From contig JAYENK010000029.1 in the NCBI GenBank assembly GCA_034722035.1, positions 5,739 through 69,738 of the forward strand: a stretch of DNA of 64,000 bases. Reading direction: 5' to 3'. Source of the DNA: Patescibacteria group bacterium. GTDB taxonomy: Bacteria; Patescibacteriota; Patescibacteriia; Patescibacteriales; UBA12075. The notes below the pieces were generated by a model that ran no database searches, was not told the DNA's origin, and worked only from the letters and a program-made list of their open reading frames with translations. Below, in pieces: positions 29,177-37,717 of the stretch (within the stretch, counting starts at the first letter, position 1; the number at the start of each line of letters is the position of its first letter). The position numbers and the translations under genes were made by a program.

Positions 29177-31084
29177 ATGGATAATGTTTATCGTAGACGA
29201 TTAGAATTAAACGAATGGATTATAACTACCCGCTGGTTTTATATGGTGGCGGTTTTTTTGATTGGAATATTAGGCAACTCTTTGGTTTCTATTTTTCAAG
29301 TAAAATTTTCTTTTTTCTCAATTATTTTTTTATTATTGATTTTCCTTCTTGTCAATGCTTATTTTTATAAGTTGATCGAGGGGATGAAGCGGCACAAGTC
29401 AGAGAAAAGATTGAAGCTTATTAGTGTTGGACAAATTGTGATTGAGTTGATAGCTTTTACTATTGTTATGCGCTTGATTGGCGAGGAATCGTTAGCTAGC
29501 GTATTTTTCTTTTTGCCGATTATTTCTTCGGCGATTATTTTTGGCATCAGAGGAGCGGTTATTACCGCAATAATTTCGGGAGTAATAGTAAATTTTTCCA
29601 TGATTTATGGCAATTTAGATTCGGTTTTAGAGTATATCATTAGACGCAACGAGACAAATAATTTTGATTTACTTGCTTTGCAACGGACAACGATTTCGAT
29701 GATAAGCGTGATTGTCACTTCAAATTTTTATTTGGTGCTTGCGCTTGTGTCCGGTTGGAGCTTTAAATTGATTTTTAAGCGAGAGCAAAAATTGATGGCA
29801 AGCGTTGAACAGTTGACAACAGAAAAGAAAAAAGATAAAGAAGAAGTTAGTCGTCTTGATAAGAATGCTCAGCTTTTGGCGGCACAAGATAAAAAATTAA
29901 AATCGATAAATATCGAGTTAAATAAACGCCTTAATCAATTAAAAAGTTCGGAAAAATCGATCATCCGCGCTTTTTCCGATTTGCAAACAGCTAGGAAGCG
30001 AATCGAAGAAGAAAGAAACAAAACCAGCGCTATTATTTCTAATTTTATTGATCCGATTATAGTTATTAACAATGAAGATAAAATTAATCTGTTTAATCCG
30101 GCGGCAAAAGAGGTGTTCGGTTTTGACGATAAAGATTTGGGCATGGAGATAGCTGCGAGCAATAATTATTCGATGGATAATTTTAAGAAAATTATCGATT
30201 TTGATTTTGAAGTGAGGTCCGGTAAAGAGCTTAAAACACAGAACAAAGAAGAGGAGGAGCTTATAATTAATGTAGCCAAACAAGAGTTGACATACAAGGT
30301 AATAACAGCGAAAGTTTTGGACGGCAACAAAAACAAATTGGGCGTAATGAAAATTTTTTATAATTTGACGCGAGAGAAAATGATTGATAAAATGAAGTCA
30401 GAATTTATCTCTATTGCCGCTCACCAGCTCCGTACACCACTATCAGCAATTAAATGGGTAATTAAAATGGTTTTGGATGGAGATGTCGGAAAATTAAATG
30501 ACGAGCAAAAAGAATTTTTAACCAAAGGTTATGATAGCAATGAAAGGATTATCGGCTTGGTTAATGATATGCTTAATGTTTCTCGGATTGAAGAAGGGCG
30601 TTTTGGCTATTCATTTAATAAAGAAAGTTTTACTGATCTCACAGATAAAATTTTGAAGTACGTTGGGAATGCGATGGAAGCAAGAAGTATTAAGTTTGAA
30701 TCAAAGATACCAAAGACATTGCCACAAGTGTATATGGATAAAATTAAAATGGACTTGGCTCTTACTAATTTGATAGAGAATGCGATTAAGTATACACCGG
30801 AACATGGTAAAATTATCTTGCAAGTTGAGGTGGGAGACAAGTTTATTAAGGTTCGAATTAAAGATAACGGCGTAGGCATTCCGAAAAAAGATCAAGAGAA
30901 ATTATTTTCCAAATTTTTTCGAGCAGAAAACGTTATTCGTATGCAGACCGAGGGTTCCGGTCTGGGGCTTTTTATGGTTAGAAATATAATTAAGCGTCAT
31001 GGTGGAGAGATTACTTTTGAGAGCGAAGAGGGTAAGGGGGCAGAGTTTGTATTTACTTTACCGATTAATGAAGATATAAAATAA
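29177..31084 (+). CDS. Multi-TM, PAS-containing sensor histidine kinase
   Basis: Several TM helices, coiled coil, PAS (DPIIVIN...FNPAA), AAHQLRTPL, NAIKY, DNGVGI, GSGLGL. Confidence 0.92.
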   Translation: MDNVYRRRLELNEWIITTRWFYMVAVFLIGILGNSLVSIFQVKFSFFSIIFLLLIFLLVNAYFYKLIEGMKRHKSEKRLKLISVGQIVIELIAFTIVMRLIGEESLASVFFFLPIISSAIIFGIRGAVITAIISGVIVNFSMIYGNLDSVLEYIIRRNETNNFDLLALQRTTISMISVIVTSNFYLVLALVSGWSFKLIFKREQKLMASVEQLTTEKKKDKEEVSRLDKNAQLLAAQDKKLKSINIELNKRLNQLKSSEKSIIRAFSDLQTARKRIEEERNKTSAIISNFIDPIIVINNEDKINLFNPAAKEVFGFDDKDLGMEIAASNNYSMDNFKKIIDFDFEVRSGKELKTQNKEEEELIINVAKQELTYKVITAKVLDGNKNKLGVMKIFYNLTREKMIDKMKSEFISIAAHQLRTPLSAIKWVIKMVLDGDVGKLNDEQKEFLTKGYDSNERIIGLVNDMLNVSRIEEGRFGYSFNKESFTDLTDKILKYVGNAMEARSIKFESKIPKTLPQVYMDKIKMDLALTNLIENAIKYTPEHGKIILQVEVGDKFIKVRIKDNGVGIPKKDQEKLFSKFFRAENVIRMQTEGSGLGLFMVRNIIKRHGGEITFESEEGKGAEFVFTLPINEDIK

Positions 31085-31093
31085 TTTAAAAAT

Positions 31094-31915
31094 ATGACAG
31101 AAGAAAAAAGTATAAAAATATTGATTATCGAAGATGAGCAATCCTTGGTTGATTTGCTTATGACTAAGTTGAAAAAAGAAGGGTATACGCTTGAGTGTGC
31201 TTATGATGGTGAGGACGGTTTTAAGAAAATAAAAGCATGGAAACCGGAGCTAATTCTCTTGGATATTGTAATGCCAAAAATGGACGGTTATGAAGTGTTG
31301 GAAAAAATGAACGAAGCTGGTATTAAAGTTCCGGTAATTATTATTTCTAATTCCGGTCAGCCGGTTGAAATTGAAAAAACCAAGAAGCTGGGCGCGGTCG
31401 ATCATTTGATTAAAACCGAATTTAGCCCTTTAGATGTTATTGAGAAAGTACAGGCTTGTTTATCGGGAGAGGGGTATGACGAGCTGCTTAATAGTAGGAA
31501 AACTTTGAAAGTTAAAGAGAATGAAGATGCAAAGAAGCTTGGAATTAATGTCTTATTGGTAGAGGATGATGCTTTTCTCAGAGAAATTAGTTCCAAAAAA
31601 TTAACCAAAGAAGGTTATAGTGTTTATGAGGCAATTGACGGCGAAGAGGCAATAGAAGGCGTTAAAACCGTTAAACCTGACATTGTTTTATTGGATATAA
31701 TTTTGCCGGCGGTTGATGGATTTCAAGTTCTTAGTTATATTCGAAAGAATGAGGACAAAAAAATTGCCAAAGTGCCGGTAATAATGCTTTCTAATTTAGG
31801 ACAAGAAGATGATATTAAAAAAGCTAAAGAAATGGGCGTAAATGATTATCTGGTAAAAGCGCATTTTACAACCAAAGAGATAATTGGAAAGATTAATGAA
31901 TTATTGAAAAAATAA
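31094..31915 (+). CDS. Tandem REC-REC response regulator, paralogue of 28275-29099
   Basis: Same architecture and near-identical motifs (VIIISNSGQ, MLSNLGQE, KAHFTT). Confidence 0.9.
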   Translation: MTEEKSIKILIIEDEQSLVDLLMTKLKKEGYTLECAYDGEDGFKKIKAWKPELILLDIVMPKMDGYEVLEKMNEAGIKVPVIIISNSGQPVEIEKTKKLGAVDHLIKTEFSPLDVIEKVQACLSGEGYDELLNSRKTLKVKENEDAKKLGINVLLVEDDAFLREISSKKLTKEGYSVYEAIDGEEAIEGVKTVKPDIVLLDIILPAVDGFQVLSYIRKNEDKKIAKVPVIMLSNLGQEDDIKKAKEMGVNDYLVKAHFTTKEIIGKINELLKK

Positions 31916-31941
31916 TATTAATTATTTTTTTATTTATATCT

Positions 31942-31969
31942 GTAGAGATGCGCCGCGGTGCGTCTCTAC
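31942..31969. repeat. GTAG-type REP-like palindrome
   Basis: GTAGAGATGCGCCGCGGTGCGTCTCTAC, 28 nt, same length and ends as 3007-3034. Confidence 0.65.
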
Positions 31970-31978
31970 TTTATTATT

Positions 31979-33208
31979 ATGATTAATGATAAAAAAATTG
32001 AAATATTATCTCCAGCCGGGAACATGGAAAAAATGAAAACCGCTTTATCCTTTGGCGCGGACGCGGTTTATGCCGGAATTCCGGATTTTTCTTTGCGGGC
32101 CAGAATTAATGATTTTGATATAAATAGAATTAAAGAGGCAACAGAATATTGTCATAAATTTAACAAAAAAATATATATTACAATAAATATTTTTGCGCAC
32201 AATAAGCATATTGATAAATTGTCAGAATATATTAAAGATTTAAAAAAAATTAAAGTAGACGCACTAATTGTCTCTGATCCAGGAATTTTGATTTTAGTGA
32301 AAGAAGTATGGCCGGATGCGAAAATTCATCTTTCAACTCAGGCAAATTGTACAAACGCATCTGCAGTAAAATTTTGGCTGGCTCAAGGCGTTAAAAGAAT
32401 TATTTTAGGGAGAGAAGTGACTCTGGAGGAAATTAAGGAAATTCACAAAGCAGTGCCTAAAATAGAACTTGAATATTTTGTGCATGGCGCAATGTGTATG
32501 GCTTATTCCGGGCGTTGTTTTTTGTCCAAAGGATTTGTTGACCGCTCGGCTAATCTAGGAGACTGCGTTCAACCCTGTCGCTGGCGATATAAAATAAAAG
32601 CCGAAAATTATAAAGAAGAATTCGAAATTGTGGAAGAAGAACATGGGTCTTATATTTTGAATTCTAAGGATTTGTGTCTACTTGAACATTTACAGGATTT
32701 AGCCAAAGCAGGGATAAGTAGTTTTAAGATTGAAGGACGAGCTAAGAGTGTTTATTATCAGGCAATTGTCGCTGGAATATATTCCAGTGCGAGTAAAAAA
32801 AATATTAGTTTTTATAAAAAAGAGCTTGAAACAAAATTAGTGCATCGGGGATACGCCAAGGGATTTTTATTGGGCGAAAAAGCTGAACAAAACATAGAAA
32901 GTTCGCATAATAAATGCTCTTGGGAGTTTTGCGGACAAGTATATTCAATTAAAAATGAAAAATTAAAAATTAAGGATTATGATAATAAAAATCTTGTTTT
33001 AATTAAAGTTCATAATTCTTTGAAGGTGGGGGACAGGGTAGAGATGGTTCGGCCGAAATATGATATAATAAAAATGAAAGTTGATAAAATTTGGGATGCC
33101 GAAATGAAAGAAGAATTACAAGAAGCGCATGGGGGACAAAATAAAAAAGTGTTTTTGGAAGTTGAAGAAAAAGTACCGGAATACAGTGTAATAAGAAGAA
33201 AAATTTAA
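31979..33208 (+). CDS. U32 family protein (TrhP-like Fe-S tRNA hydroxylation protein)
   Basis: EILSPAG, GADAVY, HLSTQ, HGAMCMAYSGRC, CVQPCR, KIEGR; start moved to 31979. Confidence 0.9.
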   Translation: MINDKKIEILSPAGNMEKMKTALSFGADAVYAGIPDFSLRARINDFDINRIKEATEYCHKFNKKIYITINIFAHNKHIDKLSEYIKDLKKIKVDALIVSDPGILILVKEVWPDAKIHLSTQANCTNASAVKFWLAQGVKRIILGREVTLEEIKEIHKAVPKIELEYFVHGAMCMAYSGRCFLSKGFVDRSANLGDCVQPCRWRYKIKAENYKEEFEIVEEEHGSYILNSKDLCLLEHLQDLAKAGISSFKIEGRAKSVYYQAIVAGIYSSASKKNISFYKKELETKLVHRGYAKGFLLGEKAEQNIESSHNKCSWEFCGQVYSIKNEKLKIKDYDNKNLVLIKVHNSLKVGDRVEMVRPKYDIIKMKVDKIWDAEMKEELQEAHGGQNKKVFLEVEEKVPEYSVIRRKI

Positions 33209-33219
33209 TTTGTTTTTTT

Positions 33220-33801
33220 ATGCTTTCATATTTAAAAGGAACAATCCAAAATAAAGGTAAAGGCTACGTGATCGTTTTAACCGGTGATATCGGCTATAAA
33301 ATTTATGTGAATGACAGTATTTATGCGGAATTAGGCATTAATCAAGCCATTGAGTTTTATATTTTCCATAACGTAAAAGAAGATGCTTCTGATCTTTATG
33401 GTTTTTATCATATGGACCAGTTGGAAATGTTTGAGCTTCTGCTTTCGATTAGCGGCGTTGGTCCCAAGTCGGCTATGGCAACACTCGGAATTGCCAGTAT
33501 AGAGGACATCAAAGAATCAATAAGCCGAGGTGATTCATCTTTATTGATTAAAGTTTCCGGTATTGGCAAAAAGACGGCGGAGCGGATTGTTTTGGAGCTT
33601 AGGGATAAGATTATTCAGATAGCAGATGACAGACAACAGGCAACAGACAACAAAAGCATTCAAGCCTCGTCTGATGAAATTGACGCATTAATGGCACTTG
33701 GTTATTCGTTGCAACAGGCGAGAGAGGCGCTTAAGAAAATTGATGTTTCGATTAAGGATAGCGGGCAGAGGATTAAGGAGGCGCTTAAGGGGTTGGGGTA
33801 G
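33220..33801 (+). CDS. ruvA: Holliday junction branch migration protein RuvA
   Basis: GIGYKI-like strand (DIGYKI), LYGF, ISGVGPK, GIGKKTAERIVLEL, ALMALGY. Confidence 0.96.
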   Translation: MLSYLKGTIQNKGKGYVIVLTGDIGYKIYVNDSIYAELGINQAIEFYIFHNVKEDASDLYGFYHMDQLEMFELLLSISGVGPKSAMATLGIASIEDIKESISRGDSSLLIKVSGIGKKTAERIVLELRDKIIQIADDRQQATDNKSIQASSDEIDALMALGYSLQQAREALKKIDVSIKDSGQRIKEALKGLG

Positions 33802-33803
33802 CC

Positions 33804-33834
33804 AATTAAAAATTAGGAATTAAAAATTAAGAAT
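33804..33834. repeat. Heptamer tandem repeat filling the ruvA-fem gap
   Basis: aattaaa aattagg aattaaa aattaag aat(g); the last unit overlaps the ATG at 33833. Confidence 0.85.
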
Positions 33835-34792
33835 GCGGGTAGTCGAAGTTAGTAGGGCAGAATTAAATAGTTTTACAGCATCACAGAAACGTTCTCAGTT
33901 TTTGCAGTCTTGGGAATGGGGGGAGTTTCAGGAGAGAACGGGGAAAAAAGTGATTCGATTGGGGTTTGAAGATGATGATAAATTGTTTTTTGCGTTTACT
34001 TTAATTAAAAACAATTTACCCTTAGGGATGAATTATTTTTATTCCCCAAGAGTTGGTGTCGAAAGTTTAAACAAGGAACAAGTAGAGCTTGTCTTTAAGG
34101 AAATAAAAAAGATTGCAAAAAAAGAAAAAATATTATTTTTTAGACTAGATTTAAATAAAAATTTAAAATTTAAAATTTTAAATTTTAAATTTAAAAAGAC
34201 TATTCATGTTCAACCTGAAAAAACTTTAATTTTAAATATATCTAGATCAGGGGAGGAGCTACTCCAAAGCATGCATAAAAAAACCAGATATAATATCAGA
34301 CTAGCTGAAAAGAAGGGCGTGACAGTGAGGCAGGCGAGCGAAGCAGATTTTAATGTTTGGTGGAATATTATGAAGGAAACCAAAGAAAGAGATAATTTTC
34401 GTTTGTATTCTAAGGAGCATTATAAGAAAATGCTAAAAATTAATATTATCAAATTATATATCGCTGAATTTCAGGAGAAAATAATTGCTGGAAACATAAT
34501 CGCATCTTTTGGTGACATGGCAACTTATGTTCATGGCGCGTCGTCTAATAAATATCGTAATGTGATGGCACCGTATTTATTGCAATGGGAAGCAATTAAA
34601 ATAGCAAAAGAGCAGGGTTGTAAATGCTATGATTTTTATGGAATTGATGAAGATAAATGGCCGGGAGTAACACGCTTTAAACAGGGGTTTTCCGGAGAAG
34701 AAATAATTTATCCCGGAACTTTTGATTTGATTTATTATGATTTTTATTATAATTTATATCAATTATTAAGAAAAATTAGAAGAATGGTGTAA
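33833..34792 (+). CDS. FemAB/FemX-family peptidoglycan interpeptide bridge aminoacyltransferase
   Basis: FLQSWEWG, KTRYNIRLA, HGASS, APYLLQW, YDFYGI, GVTRFKQGF. Confidence 0.92.
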   Translation: MRVVEVSRAELNSFTASQKRSQFLQSWEWGEFQERTGKKVIRLGFEDDDKLFFAFTLIKNNLPLGMNYFYSPRVGVESLNKEQVELVFKEIKKIAKKEKILFFRLDLNKNLKFKILNFKFKKTIHVQPEKTLILNISRSGEELLQSMHKKTRYNIRLAEKKGVTVRQASEADFNVWWNIMKETKERDNFRLYSKEHYKKMLKINIIKLYIAEFQEKIIAGNIIASFGDMATYVHGASSNKYRNVMAPYLLQWEAIKIAKEQGCKCYDFYGIDEDKWPGVTRFKQGFSGEEIIYPGTFDLIYYDFYYNLYQLLRKIRRMV

Positions 34793-34848
34793 TTTTTTCA
34801 ATCAATTCTCTTAATTATAAGCAATATTAGTCTATTTTGAGTTTGCTA

Positions 34849-34877
34849 TTGACAAAAATTAGGTTTTAGTATATAAT
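34849..34877 (+). promoter_or_regulatory. Perfect-consensus sigma70 promoter of the DGR target gene
   Basis: TTGACA-17 nt-TATAAT. Confidence 0.8.
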
Positions 34878-35013
34878 ATAAAATCTAGAAAAGCTCTTTT
34901 ATATTTTAAATTTATTTTATTTTTGTAACGACAAAGCCATGGTGGTCTTTGTCAGTTAATATATATAATCTGCGCCGCTTATATGGTGGCCGCAACAAAA
35001 AGGAGGACTTGTA

Positions 35014-35679
35014 ATGAGGAAAGCAACCCTTAATCAGGTAGTAAAGATTTTGTCTATTTTTGACGATACTCCCGTTGAACAAATACAGGAGATCTTGGGA
35101 TCTGGTTTTTTGGAGGACATTCGTGATGCAGATATCAAAGAGGTTAATCGAAGTTTGTTTCGTAAAATGCTTGGTCTTAAGCCCTTGCATGTAACTAAGG
35201 ACAAGTTGTTTCTCCGACTCATTTCCGATGAGTCGTTGGCTGTTAAAGCCACAGACAAAAAGAGAATCATTGCGGAAGCGAATGATGTGTTTAAATGGGT
35301 TGATCCTGATTTTAAAAACTGGGGAGCGGACGAGGTTGGGTCGGAAACAGATAAAATTCCTACGTATATGTATGAAATGGAGAAAAATGGCAAGTTCCAA
35401 GAATTGTTTGGTTCGATCGGTGATATCAAAAAAATCTGTTTTACTCAGGAACAGATTATAAGTTTTGTAGAGAAGAGGAATAGGTTTTGGACTGACAGAT
35501 ATGCAATATTTTTTTTGTTTAGGTCTAAAAACACGAATTTTGAAAATACTCCTTTGGGAGAATTTTTCGTCGCCTGCGTGAGCATGGTCTCCGTCGGCCT
35601 CTACGTCTACGTACGCCAGCTCCAGGACTCTTACGTCTGGGATTCTGGGCGCCGGCACCGGGTGGTCGTTCCGCAATAG
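35014..35679 (+). CDS. Putative DGR variable (target) protein
   Basis: AGGAGG 7 nt before the ATG; C-terminus FFVACVSMVSVGLYVYVRQLQDSYVWDSGRRHRVVVPQ* encoded by a compositionally distinct segment. Confidence 0.8.
   Translation: MRKATLNQVVKILSIFDDTPVEQIQEILGSGFLEDIRDADIKEVNRSLFRKMLGLKPLHVTKDKLFLRLISDESLAVKATDKKRIIAEANDVFKWVDPDFKNWGADEVGSETDKIPTYMYEMEKNGKFQELFGSIGDIKKICFTQEQIISFVEKRNRFWTDRYAIFFLFRSKNTNFENTPLGEFFVACVSMVSVGLYVYVRQLQDSYVWDSGRRHRVVVPQ
35566..35676 (+). mobile_element. DGR variable region (VR) with a probable 3' IMH segment
   Basis: 111 nt with 71 G+C (64%), only 13 A, and 21 of 37 codons ending in C, inside an otherwise AT-rich gene. Confidence 0.72.
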
Positions 35680-35686
35680 TGGATGT

Positions 35687-35729
35687 TCCCTCGAATTCTT
35701 TAACACTTGGAATTCGGGGGATTTTTTTT
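35687..35729 (+). terminator. Hairpin plus T8 after the VR (terminator and/or DGR homing stem-loop)
   Basis: TCCCTCGAATTC/GAATTCGGGGGA 12-bp stem with one G-U, 11-nt loop, 7 nt after the stop codon. Confidence 0.7.
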
Positions 35730-35752
35730 GTAATAATGTAGTCTTTCAAAAA

Positions 35753-35965
35753 ATTCTTGGTTACGGCTTTGGGTTGAGATTGCTCGAAAATATTTTGAGA
35801 ACCAAAACTAAAAAGCGAATGTTTAATAAAGTTTCTAAAAAATATGAATTATTGCAAAAGGATTTGTTGCCAGAAGAATAGTATTATCAAAGTATTGAAT
35901 CTTATTTAGGAATGTTAAAACATTGCAACGGACATAATATTGCAGAAATATTAAAAAAATATTAA
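35753..35965 (+). pseudogene. C-terminal remnant of a DGR-type reverse transcriptase
   Basis: Hand translation ILGYGFGLRLLENILRTKTKKRMFNKVSKKYELLQKDLLPEE*YYQSIESYLGMLKHCNGHNIAEILKKY*; resembles the RT thumb LRxxTKxRM...SYLGxLxH; in-frame TAG at 35879; no YxDD and no start codon. Confidence 0.7.
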
Positions 35966-36015
35966 GATGTGTTATAATGTAAATAATGATAATTTTAATA
36001 TTATAAATTATAGCT

Positions 36016-37407
36016 ATGGAAATAATTTTAAATATAATTAAAAAAATAATTCCAAATAGATTATTCAAGGCGCTGCAACCTTGTTACCATTTTATTTTTT
36101 CTTATTTGGCGGCTTTATTTTATTCTTTCCCGTCGGAAAAATTGATTGTGATCGGCGTTACCGGTACGACCGGCAAGACCACTAGCGTTTATTTGATTGC
36201 CAAAATGTTTGAGTCGGCCGGAATAAAGACCGGATTCACTTCAACTGCCATTTTTAATGACGGTAAAAAAGAGTGGAATAATGATAAGAAAATGACAATG
36301 CTGGGGCGTTTTTTTACACAAAAATTATTGCGTAATATGTTACGCAATAAATGCCGGGTCGCGATTGTGGAGACTACTTCTGAAGGGATCAGACAATTTA
36401 GGCATCGATTTATTAATTATGACATTGCAGTCTTTACCGGCTTGTACGAAGAGCATATTGATTCACATGGCAGTTTTAAAAATTACAAAAAGGCCAAGGG
36501 TCAATTATTTGAGCACTTAAAAAAAAGCAAGACAAAATATATTGATAATAATCGGCGAGTAGTGGCGCCAAAAAGCGGTTTTAAAAAAATTGATTTAAAC
36601 CGCGTAAAAAAAACAATAATTGCTAATGGCGATGACGAATACGCGGATTATTTTTTACAATTTGTTGCTGATAGAAAGATTGTTTACAGCAATGATGAAA
36701 ATAAAAATTTTAAAGATAATTTTAAAGTAATAAATTATTCCGGCCTTAAATCTGATGCAAGCGGGGTGAGCTTTAAAGTTTTAAATATGAAATTAAAATT
36801 AAAAATGCTTGGTGCGTTTAACGCCATAAATGCTATGAACGCGATTAGTGTCGGTTTTGCCTTAGATTTAAATAAGCAAGCAATAAAGAAAGGGGTGGAA
36901 AGCGTTACAGGTGTAGCCGGTCGTTTGGAGAAAATCAATGAAGGACAAAATTTTATCGCTATTGTTGATTATGCTTTTGAGCCCAAAGCCCTCAAGAAAT
37001 TATATGATGTTTTGGATAAAATTCCGCATAAAAATATTGTTCATGTTCTGGGTTCGGCCGGAGGCGGACGTGATTTGGCGCGTCGACCAAAATTGGGAGA
37101 AATTGCTGGCAAGAAAGCCAAGTATGCTATTGTCACTAACGAAGACCCTTATGACGATGATCCGGAGATTATTATTGACCAGGTGGCATTGGGAGCGGAG
37201 AATGTTGGAAAAAAAATAAATTTTGATTTGTTTAAAATTCTTGACAGGAAACAAGCAATTAAAAAAGCACTTAGCTTAGTAGAGGATAATGATATATTAA
37301 TTATTACCGGCAAAGGCAATGAACAGGCTATTTGTGTGGCTAATAGCAAGAAAATTCCTTGGGATGACAGAGAAGTATTAAAAAAAATAATTAGGAATAA
37401 AAAATAG
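36016..37407 (+). CDS. murE: MurE-like UDP-MurNAc-tripeptide synthetase lacking the N-terminal domain
   Basis: GVTGTTGKTT, ETTSEG, EHIDSH, GRLE, VDYA, GSAGGGRD, GKGNE. Confidence 0.82.
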   Translation: MEIILNIIKKIIPNRLFKALQPCYHFIFSYLAALFYSFPSEKLIVIGVTGTTGKTTSVYLIAKMFESAGIKTGFTSTAIFNDGKKEWNNDKKMTMLGRFFTQKLLRNMLRNKCRVAIVETTSEGIRQFRHRFINYDIAVFTGLYEEHIDSHGSFKNYKKAKGQLFEHLKKSKTKYIDNNRRVVAPKSGFKKIDLNRVKKTIIANGDDEYADYFLQFVADRKIVYSNDENKNFKDNFKVINYSGLKSDASGVSFKVLNMKLKLKMLGAFNAINAMNAISVGFALDLNKQAIKKGVESVTGVAGRLEKINEGQNFIAIVDYAFEPKALKKLYDVLDKIPHKNIVHVLGSAGGGRDLARRPKLGEIAGKKAKYAIVTNEDPYDDDPEIIIDQVALGAENVGKKINFDLFKILDRKQAIKKALSLVEDNDILIITGKGNEQAICVANSKKIPWDDREVLKKIIRNKK

Positions 37408-37498
37408 CTTTTTTCGCTAATTGTGGATAAATTAGTTTTATTGTATTTTTTTTAAATACTAGCAAAAAATAGCTAATAATAAAAGTTTATTATTGGTA

Positions 37499-37527
37499 TT
37501 GACAAGATTAGCTTTAATTGGTAATAT
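37499..37527 (+). promoter_or_regulatory. Candidate rpoB promoter
   Basis: TTGACA-17 nt-TAATAT with extended TG; one DnaA-box match (TGTGGATAA) lies upstream at 37422-37430. Confidence 0.55.
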
Positions 37528-37717
37528 ATTAAAGCTTGTTTAGGTATTTGACAAAATATCGTTTTTTTGTTAAATAATCCCCCGTGTGCTTTTATTATTA
37601 AAAGCAAGATCAGTGAAAAATTGCTTGCTTAATTAAATAAAAATCAATATAAAACTCAAAGCCAATAACTGGCCTTGAGCTTTTTTGCTTTCAATAAAAA
37701 ATATAATTTAAATATTT

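Noticed and set aside
34912-35706. 264-aa minus-strand ORF covering the DGR target
   Set aside because: Antisense shadow. The promoter, SD, terminator and VR pattern all support the + strand gene.
35879-35881. TAG in the RT remnant as stop-codon recoding
   Set aside because: TAG ends many ordinary genes here (fusA, tuf, rpsJ), and the fragment lacks the catalytic core anyway.
37422-37430. DnaA box as a replication origin
   Set aside because: Single box with no cluster and no dnaA or dnaN nearby; at most a promoter-proximal site.
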